Source: Enoplolaimus lenunculus (lineage: Eukaryota). From it: a DNA stretch of 64,000 bases. Position numbers and translations under genes: made by a program. The DNA lies in NCBI GenBank assembly GCA_030248215.1, contig JASANG010000273.1, positions 62,001 through 126,000 of the forward strand. The letters run 5' to 3'. How positions within the stretch are numbered: the first letter of the stretch is position 1; each line of letters begins with the position of its first letter. The notes beneath the pieces are model-generated. The model saw nothing but the letters and a program-made list of their open reading frames with translations. It was not told where the DNA came from and searched no databases. Positions 49,701 to 61,449 of the stretch are shown here, piece after piece.

Positions 49701-50262
49701 AGTTTGAAAAAATTATTTTGAATTTTGTTTACAAGAAATTGTGTAAAATATTAATTTTATAAAAATTTCACTGTCTACAGAAAAACAAAACATTGTGAGT
49801 CCGAGCCAATATTTTAAAAGATTATGAATATAATAATCGAATCAACAACAAACTGTAGAAGTTCGCGAATTGAGCTGCAGATGATAGAATTAGTAAGATA
49901 CTAAACTAAATAACTAATTTTTCATACTAAGAAAACTTGAAAGCCCAAATTGTTTCAGAACACTTCGAATTAGAGAGGTTGCCAAATGGAGCGAGCTCGA
50001 ATATTAAATTGTTTAACCTTGAAACCTTTGCTAGTTTAGATGGAATACGTATCTTGGTGTGCAATATTTTACTGATCTCCTCTATATCTTGCTTGTATAT
50101 ATTGCAATATGTCAGATTTAAAACAATTTCTACATGTCCAAGTTAAAAAACCAAACTTAGTCTATATGTCAAACTCAATACTTTGATCTGACGTTACATT
50201 TCAATGATAAGTGCTATACACATTTGAGTATATAAACATTGCATACTTTTAAACATTGTAAC

Positions 50263-50340
<78 letters not shown>

Positions 50341-53300
50341 AAATTTGACCATATACTTGCAATTCAGTGCTGCGATATACAATTTTTTGAAATCAAATAA
50401 CAAAATTATGAGAAATTTTGTTAATCTTAATACCGCATAATTAAGTAGATTTTGAAAACAACATCACGTGTCACACGAATATGCCCTTTGATGTTCATGA
50501 CGTATATAATACCAAGAGCGGATAATGACAAGAGCGTGCAACTCTTGGGGTACCACATGGTACAAAATGTACCACCGGGCGTTGCGGTTTTGGCCGACCC
50601 CCTTGTTTACAAGAAGGGTCGCAATGACACTAATACCCTAAATTAAACTATATGGGGAGCATGTTTGACGCCGCATACATAAAGTGCCATGGTTCGCACC
50701 GGTTGTAACACCCTTTAAATAAAGGGGGTGGGAAAAACGCAACACGTGCCGGGTACATTCATATCTACACAGAATGTGCCCAGTAGTACACTCTTGTCAA
50801 ATAGCGATTCTCCACTTTTGATAATACTGACTGCCACGCCTTAAAATTAATAAGTTTTATAAGAATTTCTAACATAATTTACAATTTGAGTAAAAATTGA
50901 ACAGGAAATGTATTATAGGTTATTAGGGTTCTCAAATAACATACGTGTCAGTCTAGGCAGGAGCCGGGACTTTAGACCTTTTAATTAAGCAGCTGGAAAA
51001 GCGGGACTACACACCGAGAATCGAACTTCAAGCTTGTGGATCCTTAAGCAAACGCTCTACGGCTCTACCACAGCGCCACGTAGCCCGCAGCTCCAACTGC
51101 ATCTATTGTCGACTATATGTCGACCTCATGATACAGGCTAGCATACGTACACTGCACTGCATTATTTTTCATGTGCATATAACGGACAAGCATGTCTCAC
51201 ATACAGTACAATATGTAGAAACTGGAACATAAATTGTACTTTAGAAGCAAAAAACAAAATTTAAGATAATTTTCTTAACTGTGAGCTTTACTGTTCACAA
51301 TCTCATAAAGGAAGACGCAAAAAAATTAATTTTTGATAAGTTTTTCAAAAAATTTAACGAAAAGTATACTTATTTGACCAGGGTCTGACCCATGCGGAAG
51401 ACGGAAGACGTGTTCTCAAACCAGCCTTGTCGAGTACAATTTTCAACTCAATTTTTCAAATTTTACTACCGAAGCTGATACCTTATCAGACACCGGGACA
51501 GCGCTTTTAAAATTCAAAAATTACAACACACAAAAGCAATCGTTTTCGAATAAAAAATCTTGAATCAACCATTAAAACTACTCTGAAACATGCTTAGTGG
51601 TCAGTTTCCATTATAAAATTGAAATCCTCATAGTAAAATTAAAATTTTTCCAACAAGCGTTGCATCTTAAATACACAAAATCATAATAAAACTAAATTTG
51701 AAAACATAAATTGTTCTACAGTTTCAGGTACCACAACCTGGTACAGATTCAAAATAGAAAGAAATTGCTTAAAATTCTAAACTCATAGTCCATTTTGAAG
51801 TTATCAAAAATACTTTACTTTAGAACCCGGCGAGCCATCCACAGAACGGCACAGAGCTGAAATTACGGTTCCGCACACGCATCCGTCACTCCAAATGGTA
51901 CGCAATTTCTATTTTAGTGCCTGTATGTCCAGCTTTGAAAAAAATTTTTTCATTTTCTTCCAATATCAAATTTCACAATAGATTCGGTTTTAAAAAATGT
52001 TATTTTTCCGATTTTGGAAAACCTAAAAATGACGCAAAATCAAAAATAAATATTTTGAATATCTTTATTTACATTAATTGAAAGCTTTTTTAGTAAAAAT
52101 ATAGATTTGAAATATTTTCTAAACCCAAAACGTAGTCTTATTTATTTTAATTCCTCACTCAACTTCACTAGCGAATCCAGACGACGAGCGTACGCCCCCT
52201 GTCAGCAAATTGTTTGTGATAAAAGGCTCAGATATAGCACGCGGTAAAAATTGCGTTTCATACCTTTTGCACCCCACCCCGCTTCGTAAGAAATTTTTGT
52301 ATCCGCCCCAGTTTAACTTTAGGAAAGTTTTCCTAAATTGAAAATTCGTAACCTGATGCTAAAATCAACACAAAAAAGCTACGAAAACAAACCAACGGAA
52401 TATGAATATCAATTCTAACCTCAAATTATACATAGAATGGGCAACAACATTAATAAATAAATTATTCTAACATAGATTGCGCGTTCCCGTGGCTTAAAAA
52501 GCAGTTACTGCTTTGCTAAAGAGATGTTATTCTATTTTGTGGTTTTGTTGACAAACACTTTAGCCAATTTCAATCATTCTGACAACGCTTAAACGGTTCT
52601 CAAATACTTATTTTTCCAAGGAAAAAAGGCACCACTAAACTTACTAAAATCTCCAATTTCCAAAAAGCTATTATTAATTCTAAAACAAGCCCAATTCTCA
52701 ACAGGCATAAGCCAGAGGGTGGACGGGCAGGATACCTGTGAACCCCCAGTGAATGGCATTGATATAAACTGTTTCTTTAACATAGTTGAAAGAAATGAAT
52801 TTACGCACAACTTCAATTGCTGTGGTTAACCCCACCAAAACACTAAAATCCTAGCCATCCCCCTACCAGTAATAGGTTGGTACCACCCGAAAATTACACC
52901 ATAATTATTCCATTTTCTAAAAATATCTGCTTTCCTATTCAAAATTTGCAAACTTTTCCCTTTTTCGTAATTAAATATTAATATTCCCGAGCCAAACCAG
53001 TTTCAAGTTTGGTACACATTTAGCGAATAAAGCCATCCGCGGGAAAATACGGAAAAATTTATTCAGTAAACAAACCAAAAAGTAGAGAGACGACGAGGAT
53101 GCACAATCTCAAGTTTCAACTCGGTTTTCAATCTCTGTCGGATGCAAAGGGGGGCGGGCCATCCTGGCCATTGCCCGCATCCCCAACATGAATGAAAACC
53201 GAAATTTTGTATTAAAATTTAGTACGTCAATTACGTTTGGTTTCTCGCCTCGCGAGCTCTTTTCCACTTGTTCACATCGCACCGACCCCTGTCAGAATTT

Positions 53301-56300
53301 TCAGGATCCGCAAAGGCGTTCAATTTTTAGCGTTTTTCAAAAGTAAATTTCTGTACAGGTTATCCTGGCACTATTCCAAACCTTCCAAAAGCTATGTTGT
53401 CTTGACGAACTTACGCTCAACCTTACCAGATTAAGTTTCAAAAACAACTCTGATTTTACCACGATTGTTTGGAAATGAAAAAACTCGGCCACCAATTAAG
53501 TTAATTCTTGTGCATTAACCAGCGTCAATAACGTCGCTAAAATCATTTGAAGTTAGATTTTATAGTGAAATTTATTGTAGTTTTGGTTAAAGGATTGTAT
53601 CAGAACCGTAGCTGGTTTAGAAACGTTAGATCATCGTGACCAGTACATGATGCAACTTCCACAATATCATGCGTACACCAGGTAACTTTTGCGGGCGTAG
53701 TGTCATGGACACTGAAGTGTTTTTGGCTTTAGTATCCCGGATACTCAAGGTTTCTGGCTTCATGTGTCTCGGAGACTGAAACTGTTTTAGCTTCAGTGTT
53801 CATGACAACAAAACAAGATCTTAGATTATCCAGGGCCAGCAGCGAGAATTAGCAAACCGTTAATGATAGTTAAATACGGTAGTGTTTTCCCAGGCCACTA
53901 ATCTAAACCAGGTCGTGGCGAGATAGGACCCCCAAACCAAAAATAACCCCCCGTGACCAAGATATTGTTTGAAAGTATAGGTACCGCAGTGCCATACTTA
54001 ATGTTCTTTTCCGTGTCAACCTAAGAGTTCGACAACAAAGTCGAAACTTTGCTATATTTCCGTTCCGTACGAAGCGCGGAAGTTGTTTTTGATATTTTGC
54101 CATATAAAGTTTCTAAACGACACATCTTTTACGCATTATGTTGTAACAGTGGCACACCGACAAATTTGGAATGGCCGGCCGGCATCCAGACCCGCATACA
54201 AAACCTATGAGCAACGATGGATCTCGGATATTTTGGTCGGGGAATGCACTATAGACCTGGCTCGCTGAGTTAGCTAGATGACAAGTTTCTAATTTCGCTC
54301 CAAGCCCCTCTATTTTTTGTGGCCTTGGACACAGCTAAATCGTTCGATAATTAAACGTAAACTGAAGGAAATATCGCGAGCGAAGCGAACGAAACGCCTG
54401 GCACTATTGTGTTTAATTCTAGCGCAAAACTTCAGTTTGCTGAACGCATCGCTGCATTCCACAGGTGCAAGTTTTTCACACTTGAGCCGTGAAAAACCTC
54501 ACGAGCGAATCGAACGAAACCCAAACACAATTTCAGTTCCAAATGTAAATTATGACGCACTTGCTGGTTGTGATTGGGCAGATGCGATCCGTAAAAATTA
54601 ACAGCCTTGGCATCCTGCTCCCAATGACCCGGGAGTTCAGGGAGCGCTGTAAATACGTATTGGGGGTCTTCTCGCCCGCTTTCAGACATAAACAACCTTG
54701 CCAGTACATACTAAAACTAATAAATCACATGTCGTTTAAAACCAATTCATGTTTAGAGTGGCCAAGCTTTAAATTTAAATCATGATTCAAGCAGAGACTT
54801 TATAACCGTTTGCTGAACAACTAAAAATTCCAAGCGGAATTCATTATTCACAACATTTTTTCAACCAAAAAAATCCGCTAGAAAACATGCTAAACACATG
54901 ACTGACGCAAATCAACCATAGCATGACCTTACAGACAACATCCGGGAAAGCAATGCACAGTATTCAGGGCTTGCATACATTGCAGGCAAGGTTCCACCGG
55001 GAGTTCCGGTTTTAGGACGTATTCAGGACCCACTTATATTGTAGGCAGGGTTCCACCGGAAGTTTCGCTTTCAGAACGCATTCAGGGCCCCTATATTGCA
55101 GGCAGGGTTCGACCGGAAGTTCCGGTTCCAGGACGTATTCACGGTCCGCGTATATTGCAGGCAGTGTTCGACCGGAAGTTCCTGTTTTAGGACGTATTCA
55201 GAACCCACTTATATTGCAGGCAGGGTTCGACCGGAAGTTCCGGTTTCAGGACGTAGTTTAGAGTCCGCATATACGGCAGGCAGGGTTCGATCGGAAGTTC
55301 TCGATTTCAGGACGTATTCAGGGTCCGCTTATATTACATGTTGGCTTCGACCGGAACTTCCGGTTTCATGATTACAAATTGGAACTGGAACTTTTAGTTC
55401 TGCCGCTTCTTGCTGTGTCGTTTTGTGCAAAATACCTGCATTTACTTGGGGTAATGTTATTATGACTAGACTGGAACTCGATTATCTTTTTCGTCAGTTT
55501 GCAATTCATGTCAATAAAATTTCGTGATGAGAGTTTTTTAATTTCAAATCAAACAATTGCAATTTATTTTCGTCAATTATTTGAGAAATTTTTTCATTTT
55601 TTTCTACCCTTAGATCAAAAGATACCTAATTTAATGCCCATATTTTCAAATGTGTTTGCAAGTAATCGTCATTTAGCAACAGGTTTTCACACTTGCTAAG
55701 TATTGCAGTTGTTGTACAATAAAGATGTTACAAGAGTATAGCAAATCATATGCGAAAAATGTGCTGAATTTTGAGCCTCAGCATTCACTGTTTCAAATGT
55801 TACAAAACCTATCACCAACTGGTGATAGGTGCTACACACATTTGAGAATACGGACAAGGAGTGAAAATATCCAAAACACTAAAAACAAATTTGATCGATG
55901 AATTCCAGCGTGAGCAATTGTCGACAACTTGTGATAAGTGCTATACACATTTGAGAATAGTTTTGTTCTAAAGTTTAAACGTTGGCTTATGACTGTTAGC
56001 ACTGGCTGATCCAGAGCCCCCAGTCTGAAATGTTCTTGTGGTAACATGATACGGTCCCTACATTACAATTATTCTTTTTCAAACAATTGGCACATAAATA
56101 CTGCATACAGTAAAAATTGCGTTTCATAACTTTCGCCAGCCGGACACGCGTCATAAATTTCTGGATCTGTCGCTGATTGTTAGTACTAAATCTTCAACTT
56201 TTATTCAAAATCCTGTCACTCAGGTCGACTGCAAAGTTCTTTTTACGAGTGAAATTGTTCAAAAAAACATAATAAATGTCCAGCTTCACCAGAATAAAAG

Positions 56301-59300
56301 TCTTATATTCATTCAACCCGTAAGAGGCATAATTAAATTTAGCGTTAGACTTTATCGGCACTCGTATTTGAAGCAAAATGTACCTTTTTGGCTCAAAACA
56401 TTCGTGGCTTACATTTGCTTGGGTTTGGGTCACGGGGCAGATGCGTACGAACTTTGAAAGAAATATATATATTAATCTCATGCATTATAAGGGATACATA
56501 GCAAAATAGAACGCTAAAACTTAAAGGATAACTACCAATTTCTGAACCGGAAAGACGATAAACTTAGGGACTAAGTGCTCTCTTGCTACATATTATGGCT
56601 CCAAACAGCATCCCGATACACATTACTGGCTCACTGAAAGGTTTTGAGCTGGGGATGGTTAGGCGGGAAGTAACTGGTCCTGGGAAGAAAATATATTTAA
56701 ATACTACTTTCACGTATTTCATATGCGGTAAAAATTTCAAGCAAAGTCCAATAATCTTTTTGGACAATTACTTCTCTGCTGGTGGAAGGGGGTGCGAGCA
56801 GTTTCAGACCCTTCCTCTGAGTACACATTTGGTTCCAAAAACAGTCCAACAAACGCTAATTGAATAAACAGAAAAATTTAAACTCGCTATTAACATTAAA
56901 TCTAATTTGCTACAATTTGAAAAAGCCATCTGCCGAACTACGCTTTTAAGCTGGTTTTATAAGACGTGGCGAAAACTGAAAACTGATTGAAACTCTGATG
57001 GCACATAACCAAGCGTAACGCACGCCCGTAGCCAGCTAACCTTGCTAGAAGGGGCCAAAAAATTTTCAGGAGGGGCATACAAGGGTTTTCGTTGAGTTAC
57101 ACGCAAAATTGAAAATGTTCTGCGGAAGCCAAATTTTTCCAGAAAGGGCTGAGCCCCTCTGCCTTACCCCCGGTTATACACTTGCGTAATGGCAAAAGAA
57201 TTTATAATACAGCATCCGCAGTAAACATGCGTACACCAGGTAATTTTTTTCCGTGGTCGAACCATACTATTGCTTAGATTTGTCGCTCTACAGTAGAGTT
57301 CAGTAAATAATCGAGTTTTTTGGGAGCGGACACAGTAGAGATTCCGTACCGTAAAGTAGCTTAGATCAGCGTACAATTGAAAATTCGGCCAATGTATATA
57401 GAACCGGGCCGTAACAGTAGTATCAACATATTCCTAAGTACTAGCCTGAGCCTAAGCCTACGCAAAAAATTAGTCCAAAGCATATACCTGCTCTATTGCA
57501 GCCCCACAGAAAACACATTCCGCCCCTGATCTTTACATTGGTTGAAAATTCTATGCGCTAGGAGTAAATAAATGGTTAAAGCTATTACGTATGAAATTAA
57601 GTTATTTAAAAAAAACAAACTAAAATCTTTAAAAATGTAAAATATGATCTGATTGAGACTGTTTGGTATCCGCCTAATGTATCGGTTGGATGGGTTCAAT
57701 AAGGGTGGCGCTATACTTTTGATGACGTCCGTCACCGTTCGGCACTTACATATAAAATTAAGTTATTTAAAAAACAAACTAAAATCTTTAAAAATGTAAA
57801 ATATGATCTGATCGAGACTGTTTGGTATCCGCCTAATGTATCGGTTGAATGGGTTCAATAAGGGTGGCGCTATACTTTTGATGACGTCCGTCATCGTTCG
57901 GCACCGTACTGTAACGTACGTGTATTGCCGCATGGCACAGCATATCAATGTGTAAGCCAAAATTTCTTGATTTCACCCGCCACCTGGCTCTGGACGCCGC
58001 CGCACGACAAGTATATCGCCACCCTTAGACAACAGTGTCCATACCTCACAGTATATAATTAGTACAAATATGAGTTTTGTGAATCTACGACAATTCGTTG
58101 CCCGACAACTTATCGCACAACACGGTCATAAGCCTATACGTCTACGCTCAATCTTAACACATCCTAAACCTAAGCCTAACCGTATTGCTGGACGACAAAT
58201 TGTCGAGTCAACAATATTTCGGATTGCTGTTATTATGCCGAAGTGCGGTTTTCTGCCCCATTCTCGGCAGACCTCTTGTGCTGGCAAACCAGACACGTTT
58301 CAACTCTTTCTGCTGATGGCCGCGGGCCCGTAAACAGAGGGGAGCCTGGGTGTGCTCAGCTCCCAGCGAACAATTTTGCCCACCCTAAAAAATTTTCAAC
58401 CTTGCTTGTTTGTCATCGAAATCCCTTTGTATGCCCGTGTTGAAAAATGCTTAGCCTACCTAGCAAGGTGAGTTGGCTAAAGACCCGGGTGTTCAACAAA
58501 TGAACGAATGAGTCATCGAGCAAGCCCATGTCAAAATTGTTGCGTAGATGTTTACCAGATTTAAGAATGGCTCACAATTTACCAGGCAGAGCTTATTATT
58601 AGTAATAAGCATTTGCTCTGAATTGTGAACATGGTGTATGCAAATGATTGTGAATGACTCATACTAATTGCACTTTGTATTGCAAAGTGTTTCAATTTAT
58701 TAATCTTTGTATTTTTAATTGTGCAAAATTTGCGTTTCCAGTTTCACACGAAACGAAAATCAGACGCAGGCTCGTAACCAGCTCGCCTTGCTAGGGAAGG
58801 CTAACAATTTTCAAGGACGAACATACAATAGCTCTCCACCAGGCCCCTTTTCAACGTAACTCTATCGACTTACCTTAGTCGATGCCATGTGCGACACCGA
58901 ACGATGAGTTTGAATCGTTTCAAGTTGCTCAAGACACCAGTCGAGTTCTTCGAGTGTCTCAGTTGCAACTCGAGACGACGCCTCATCTCCGGAGCCGGAC
59001 ACGGACCCGGCAATTGCAGTCGGTGTCTTTGGCACTGGATTTGACGCGACTGTTGAGTATTTTCGACGAGGTCTAAAATAATCATGAAAAACATACTGAA
59101 CAGATTTCTTATTGAAAATCTTGCGACGATTACAAGAGCATTTTTGAATGCAGTAAACTACCTTAATTGTGTGGAAACTATAGGAAAACTACGTTCATTC
59201 CCAATTCAAAAACTTGGAGAACAGGTAAAAAAATTCACGGCTCTTCCGCACAACCGGACATTTTGCCGTCCCGCGGTCATATCCTGTGGCTGAGGTTATG

Positions 59301-61449
59301 GCTTAGGTTTAGGAAAAGCCTTGACTAAGTCTAAGACTCGTCTTTTTGGTTAAGCTTTTATCTAAGCCTAGGCTAAGCAATGAATACAAGGGTATTGTAG
59401 TGACCCGAATAAGAGTGGGGGTAATAAGAGAGGGTGCCCACTTTGAATCCAAATTAATAGGAGTCTGTATCCTGTAACCCTAATTAGAGTCGGTTAGCGC
59501 ACAACTGTCCATAACTTGTAATTAGAGTCCATAAAAGAGACAAAAGCAGAAGAAGGGCCTACACTTCTCATATATGTAGCAGAAGACACTCAGGCAACGC
59601 AAATAAACTTACCTTCGTAGAAAGTCAGTTGTGATTAAATGGGAAGCACCAGCCATATTTGGGGGGTCACGGCCCACAATCCCCCCGTGAAGACGCCCTT
59701 GGTGTAAAATAATAATCGAAGGAGATTTTATGAATAACTTAAATCTTCTAATTTCCTGCATTGTTTGCAACGTCAATTCCGTTTGCCAAATAAGCAGTCA
59801 GTTTTTAACATTTTTGATACACTACGTTAGACGCCATAACACTCACTTCTGTCTTGTCATAACCATTTGGTTTAAAACAATTAATTTATTAATAATATAT
59901 TCATTTCTACGTTGTTAAAATACCGAGCCTTGGCAATCGCTGGGTCCCAACGAAGCGTGGGGCTTCAAACGTCGGGACTCTGGCAATTGCGGGTAAATTG
60001 TTACCGACGAAATTACTGTGATTCAGGGAAAATCCCATATAATCATGCCTGATCGGTCATATATAACATGTAAACATACTTTACACGCTTATCTATTACG
60101 TTATAACTGAAAAATTATGCAAAAAGTATGTTTGACGACCATAAAAGTTAAATTTTAAAGGCTACAAATACTCAACCGGGGGGGGGGGTAAAATCCCGAG
60201 TAAAGCAGAGGGTTCTAACCTGGGGCAAATCGATTGGTCGGGGGAAGGGGTCTTTGGCTGAGTGGCCCAAACCAACCCCCAGACCAGAAGCAAACTCCCG
60301 AAGATTTGAAGTTTTTTTAGAAACAAGCGACACGGCCCATTTTAGCAAGCTGGATTCGTCGCAAGAGGCACACCCCTCCTTAGGGGTGTCGCTTATTCAA
60401 CGAACACTGAAACAACCTCGTAAAAAATTGACAAATTGAGATCTTAAAGAAAACAGAGGCAGGGTGAGCTGGAAGATATTCGTAAGGCGGGTGGCGACCC
60501 CCACATTCACTAACCCACGCGTAATTTTACGGCCCTGCGTTGAATAGCCTCTCCTAACAGACGCGAAGCCAGGCTCGTTAGCTATGTCGTCGACAAAAAA
60601 AGTCTTTGCCTAATGACGTATAATTTAAACTCGGACACAACCGCAATAGATTTGAACGTTTTTACAAATTAAATATTAAGAAAAGTTGAAATTGCAAAAA
60701 TTCTCTTAAAAACAATAGAAAAATTACTTAAAAACTCACGATTTTACAAAAAAATTTAAGAGAACAATGTCGTAACAAAGCAAAAAAAGCATACGAAAAT
60801 AAACAACTTAAAGAATTAGGACGTTTAAGTGCATCCTCACGAACAATTAAACTACGTTAAGCAAAATTATTCTACGGGGTAGGCTGTAAGCTTACCCCCT
60901 CTCCCGCCAATAATTTTGACAAACTAATGAAATAATTTTTATTTCCTTCGTTAAATAATAGATTCAATGATATATAGCCATTTCCTAAAGTGTATATTTT
61001 TAGCCATTCAGGTACCGCAATCTTTGTCGCGTATGCAATGACTCTGGCCGTGGGCGGACCCATCCCGTATACGGTCTTGGGTTTTTGAGTCTCGGTGGTT
61101 TGGAATTGATACCAGCAGTTAAGGATTCAGCAAATGTATTGTTGTATTGTTGAAGTAAGTAATGCCTGATAAATAAAATTTCGCTGTGAATCTATGAATT
61201 TACATGGTTACGCAATAATTATGAGCAGATATTCTCGCTTTTAAATCTTAGCCTTTTCGTAACGGCTCAAAGTTACTTAATAAACGATTCGATGTATTGA
61301 AAGGTGTCAGAATGAATTAAACTTACTTATTCGCCTGTGAGCTGTTTGCACTTGGCGTTGCATTGGTTAACGTGATGAAATTGTTGCGAACATTGCGAAG
61401 ACTGGCCAAAATTTGAGCGAATGGTGTCACTATGAGATCTTCACCGTGT
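30437..61449 (-). CDS. pde-4: cAMP-specific 3',5'-cyclic phosphodiesterase 4 (dunce/PDE4); exons 61327-61449, [61016-61165], 58874-59072, 41049-41139, 37565-37920, 36154-36252, 35415-35576, 34177-34276, 32305-32459, 31795-31917, 31275-31457, 30437-30865; 5' end at 61850-61932 or beyond the window
   Basis: UCR1 [21 protein letters not shown]2 [36 protein letters not shown]; catalytic motifs [47 protein letters not shown] and [17 protein letters not shown]. All junctions are GT-AG and in phase. Confidence 0.96.
31275..31457 (-). CDS. pde-4: PDE4 exon (183 nt)
   Basis: [16 protein letters not shown]...[13 protein letters not shown]|gtataa. Confidence 0.95.
31678..31790. repeat. (CAA)n-(TAA)n-(TAG)n microsatellite
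   Basis: Directly visible; adjoins a PDE4 donor site. Confidence 0.95.
31795..31917 (-). CDS. pde-4: PDE4 exon (123 nt)
   Basis: [41 protein letters not shown]|gtatgt. Confidence 0.95.
32305..32459 (-). CDS. pde-4: PDE4 exon (155 nt)
   Basis: [25 protein letters not shown]...IVIDM|gtaagg. Confidence 0.95.
32748..32853 (+). mobile_element. tRNA-derived SINE-like element inside a Harbinger-like MITE
   Basis: gtggtgcaatgagtagcgcgcttgactc...tgaggttcgatttc, aligning with the 1805 element. Confidence 0.45.
34177..34276 (-). CDS. pde-4: PDE4 exon (100 nt)
   Basis: [33 protein letters not shown]. Confidence 0.95.
35219..35384 (+). mobile_element. hAT-like MITE (family E) with perfect 8-bp TSD
   Basis: CAGCCACA directly on both sides; ends CAGGCACGTAGCCA...TGGGCCCG. 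Related copies at ~840-1012, 9620-9712, 13712-13831, 19527-19688, 22137-22297, 26232-26393, 57022-57184, 58323-58488 and 58767-58850. Confidence 0.8.
35415..35576 (-). CDS. pde-4: PDE4 exon (162 nt)
   Basis: ERGLIDMF...[24 protein letters not shown]. Confidence 0.95.
36154..36252 (-). CDS. pde-4: PDE4 exon (99 nt), copy with intact donor
   Basis: ttcag|CAC...AAT|gtaagt; [33 protein letters not shown]. Confidence 0.93.
36321..36419 (-). pseudogene. Tandem duplicate of the 99-nt PDE4 exon, with acceptor but no in-phase donor (pseudo-exon)
   Basis: 167-bp direct repeat 36154-36320 / 36321-36487 with two substitutions; this copy is followed by tgtatat instead of gtaagt. Confidence 0.85.
36527..36719 (+). 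mobile_element. Family B TTAGGC-MITE
   Basis: Aligns with the 19178 copy. Confidence 0.68.
37130..37502 (-). mobile_element. Family A MITE, one end truncated
   Basis: One TIR plus internal homology. Confidence 0.72.
37565..37920 (-). CDS. pde-4: PDE4 exon (linker region 2, Pro/Ser/Thr/Gly-rich)
   Basis: ttttcag|CA...AGA|gtaagt; [10 protein letters not shown]...[16 protein letters not shown]; 356 nt, phase 1-0. Confidence 0.9.
38341..38528. repeat. Diverged minisatellite, ~4 x 47-51 bp
   Basis: Repeating tagg...ctgaaaat..gtttctttgccta. Confidence 0.65.
41049..41139 (-). CDS. pde-4: PDE4 exon (UCR2 C-terminal half)
   Basis: ttttag|TTC...ATA A|gtaagt; [30 protein letters not shown]. Confidence 0.93.
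41372..41597 (+). mobile_element. Family D MITE
   Basis: gtattctcaaat...tttgagaatac inverted ends and internal homology. Confidence 0.62.
42699..42867. mobile_element. hAT-like MITE
   Basis: TIR CAGTGCCGGAGCA / TGCTCCGGGCCTG; TSD agagtctc / acagtctc (7/8). Confidence 0.72.
43838..44019 (+). mobile_element. Second TTAGGC-carrying element (family C) with ~15-bp CGACAA..TCG subterminal repeats
   Basis: Related inverted copies at ~46158-46352 and ~58081-58222. Confidence 0.6.
44913..45099 (+). mobile_element. Family F hAT-like MITE
   Basis: Flanks taccgagc / tatcgagt (6/8); internal homology to the 63500 copy. Confidence 0.68.
45313..45884. mobile_element. ~570-bp element with long (~140-bp) imperfect TIRs
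   Basis: ttttcggttatcccccagccccgcgtttgcccaaaa vs ttttgggcaaacgcgggctgggggataaccgaaaa, continuing inward. Confidence 0.7.
46158..46352 (-). mobile_element. Family C element
   Basis: Reverse-complement homology to 43838-44019. Confidence 0.6.
50263..50339. repeat. (ATT)n microsatellite
   Basis: ~25 perfect triplets. Confidence 0.95.
50527..50799. mobile_element. Foldback/MITE with ~85-bp imperfect arms
   Basis: gacaagagcgtgcaact...gttgcggtttt...ccccttgttta vs taaataaaggggg...aaaacgcaac...agtagtacactcttgtc. Confidence 0.6.
51001..51088 (-). mobile_element. tRNA-like (SINE head or pseudo-tRNA) element
   Basis: Minus strand has GTGGCGCTGTGG (A-box-like) and AGTTCGATTCT (B-box-like), closed by complementary ends gcgggctac/gtagtcccgc. 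Confidence 0.4.
54961..55369. repeat. Minisatellite, ~7 x 59 bp
   Basis: Approximate unit tattcagggtccgcatatattgcaggcagggttcgaccggaagttccggtttcaggacg. Confidence 0.9.
55636..55855 (-). mobile_element. Family D MITE
   Basis: Full-length inverted copy of 21780-21998. Confidence 0.68.
57380..57550 (-). mobile_element. Family B TTAGGC-MITE
   Basis: gaaaattcggccaatgta...ccgcccctgatctttacattggttgaaaattc. Confidence 0.7.
57590..57904. repeat. Tandem duplication, period ~159 bp
   Basis: aagggtggcgctatac at 57701 and 57860, with shared upstream AT-rich sequence. Confidence 0.9.
58874..59072 (-). CDS. pde-4: PDE4 exon (UCR2 N-terminal half)
   Basis: ttttag|A...AAG|gtaagt; PRRKYS...[28 protein letters not shown]. 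Confidence 0.93.
59392..59535 (+). mobile_element. Family A MITE fragment
   Basis: Left TIR and first ~140 bp. Confidence 0.65.
61016..61165 (-). CDS. pde-4: Candidate symmetric (phase 2-2) PDE4 exon in linker region 1
   Basis: tttatcag|G...CG|gtacct; 150 nt, stop-free in the PDE4 frame: [49 protein letters not shown]. Confidence 0.6.
61327..61449 (-). CDS. pde-4: PDE4 exon (UCR1)
   Basis: tttcag|A...AA|gtaagt; [29 protein letters not shown]. Confidence 0.94.

Noticed and set aside
54317..54785. Overlapping ORFs of 77-94 aa as a nested gene or transposase
   Set aside because: No recognisable motif and no consistent splice structure in any frame.
54961..55369. CRISPR array, or coding ORF 55096-55371
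   Set aside because: Whole units are homologous and the ~59-bp period is not a multiple of three.
60240..60600. GC-richer segment as an LTR or retroelement fragment
   Set aside because: No TG...CA ends, TSD, second copy or protein motif identified.
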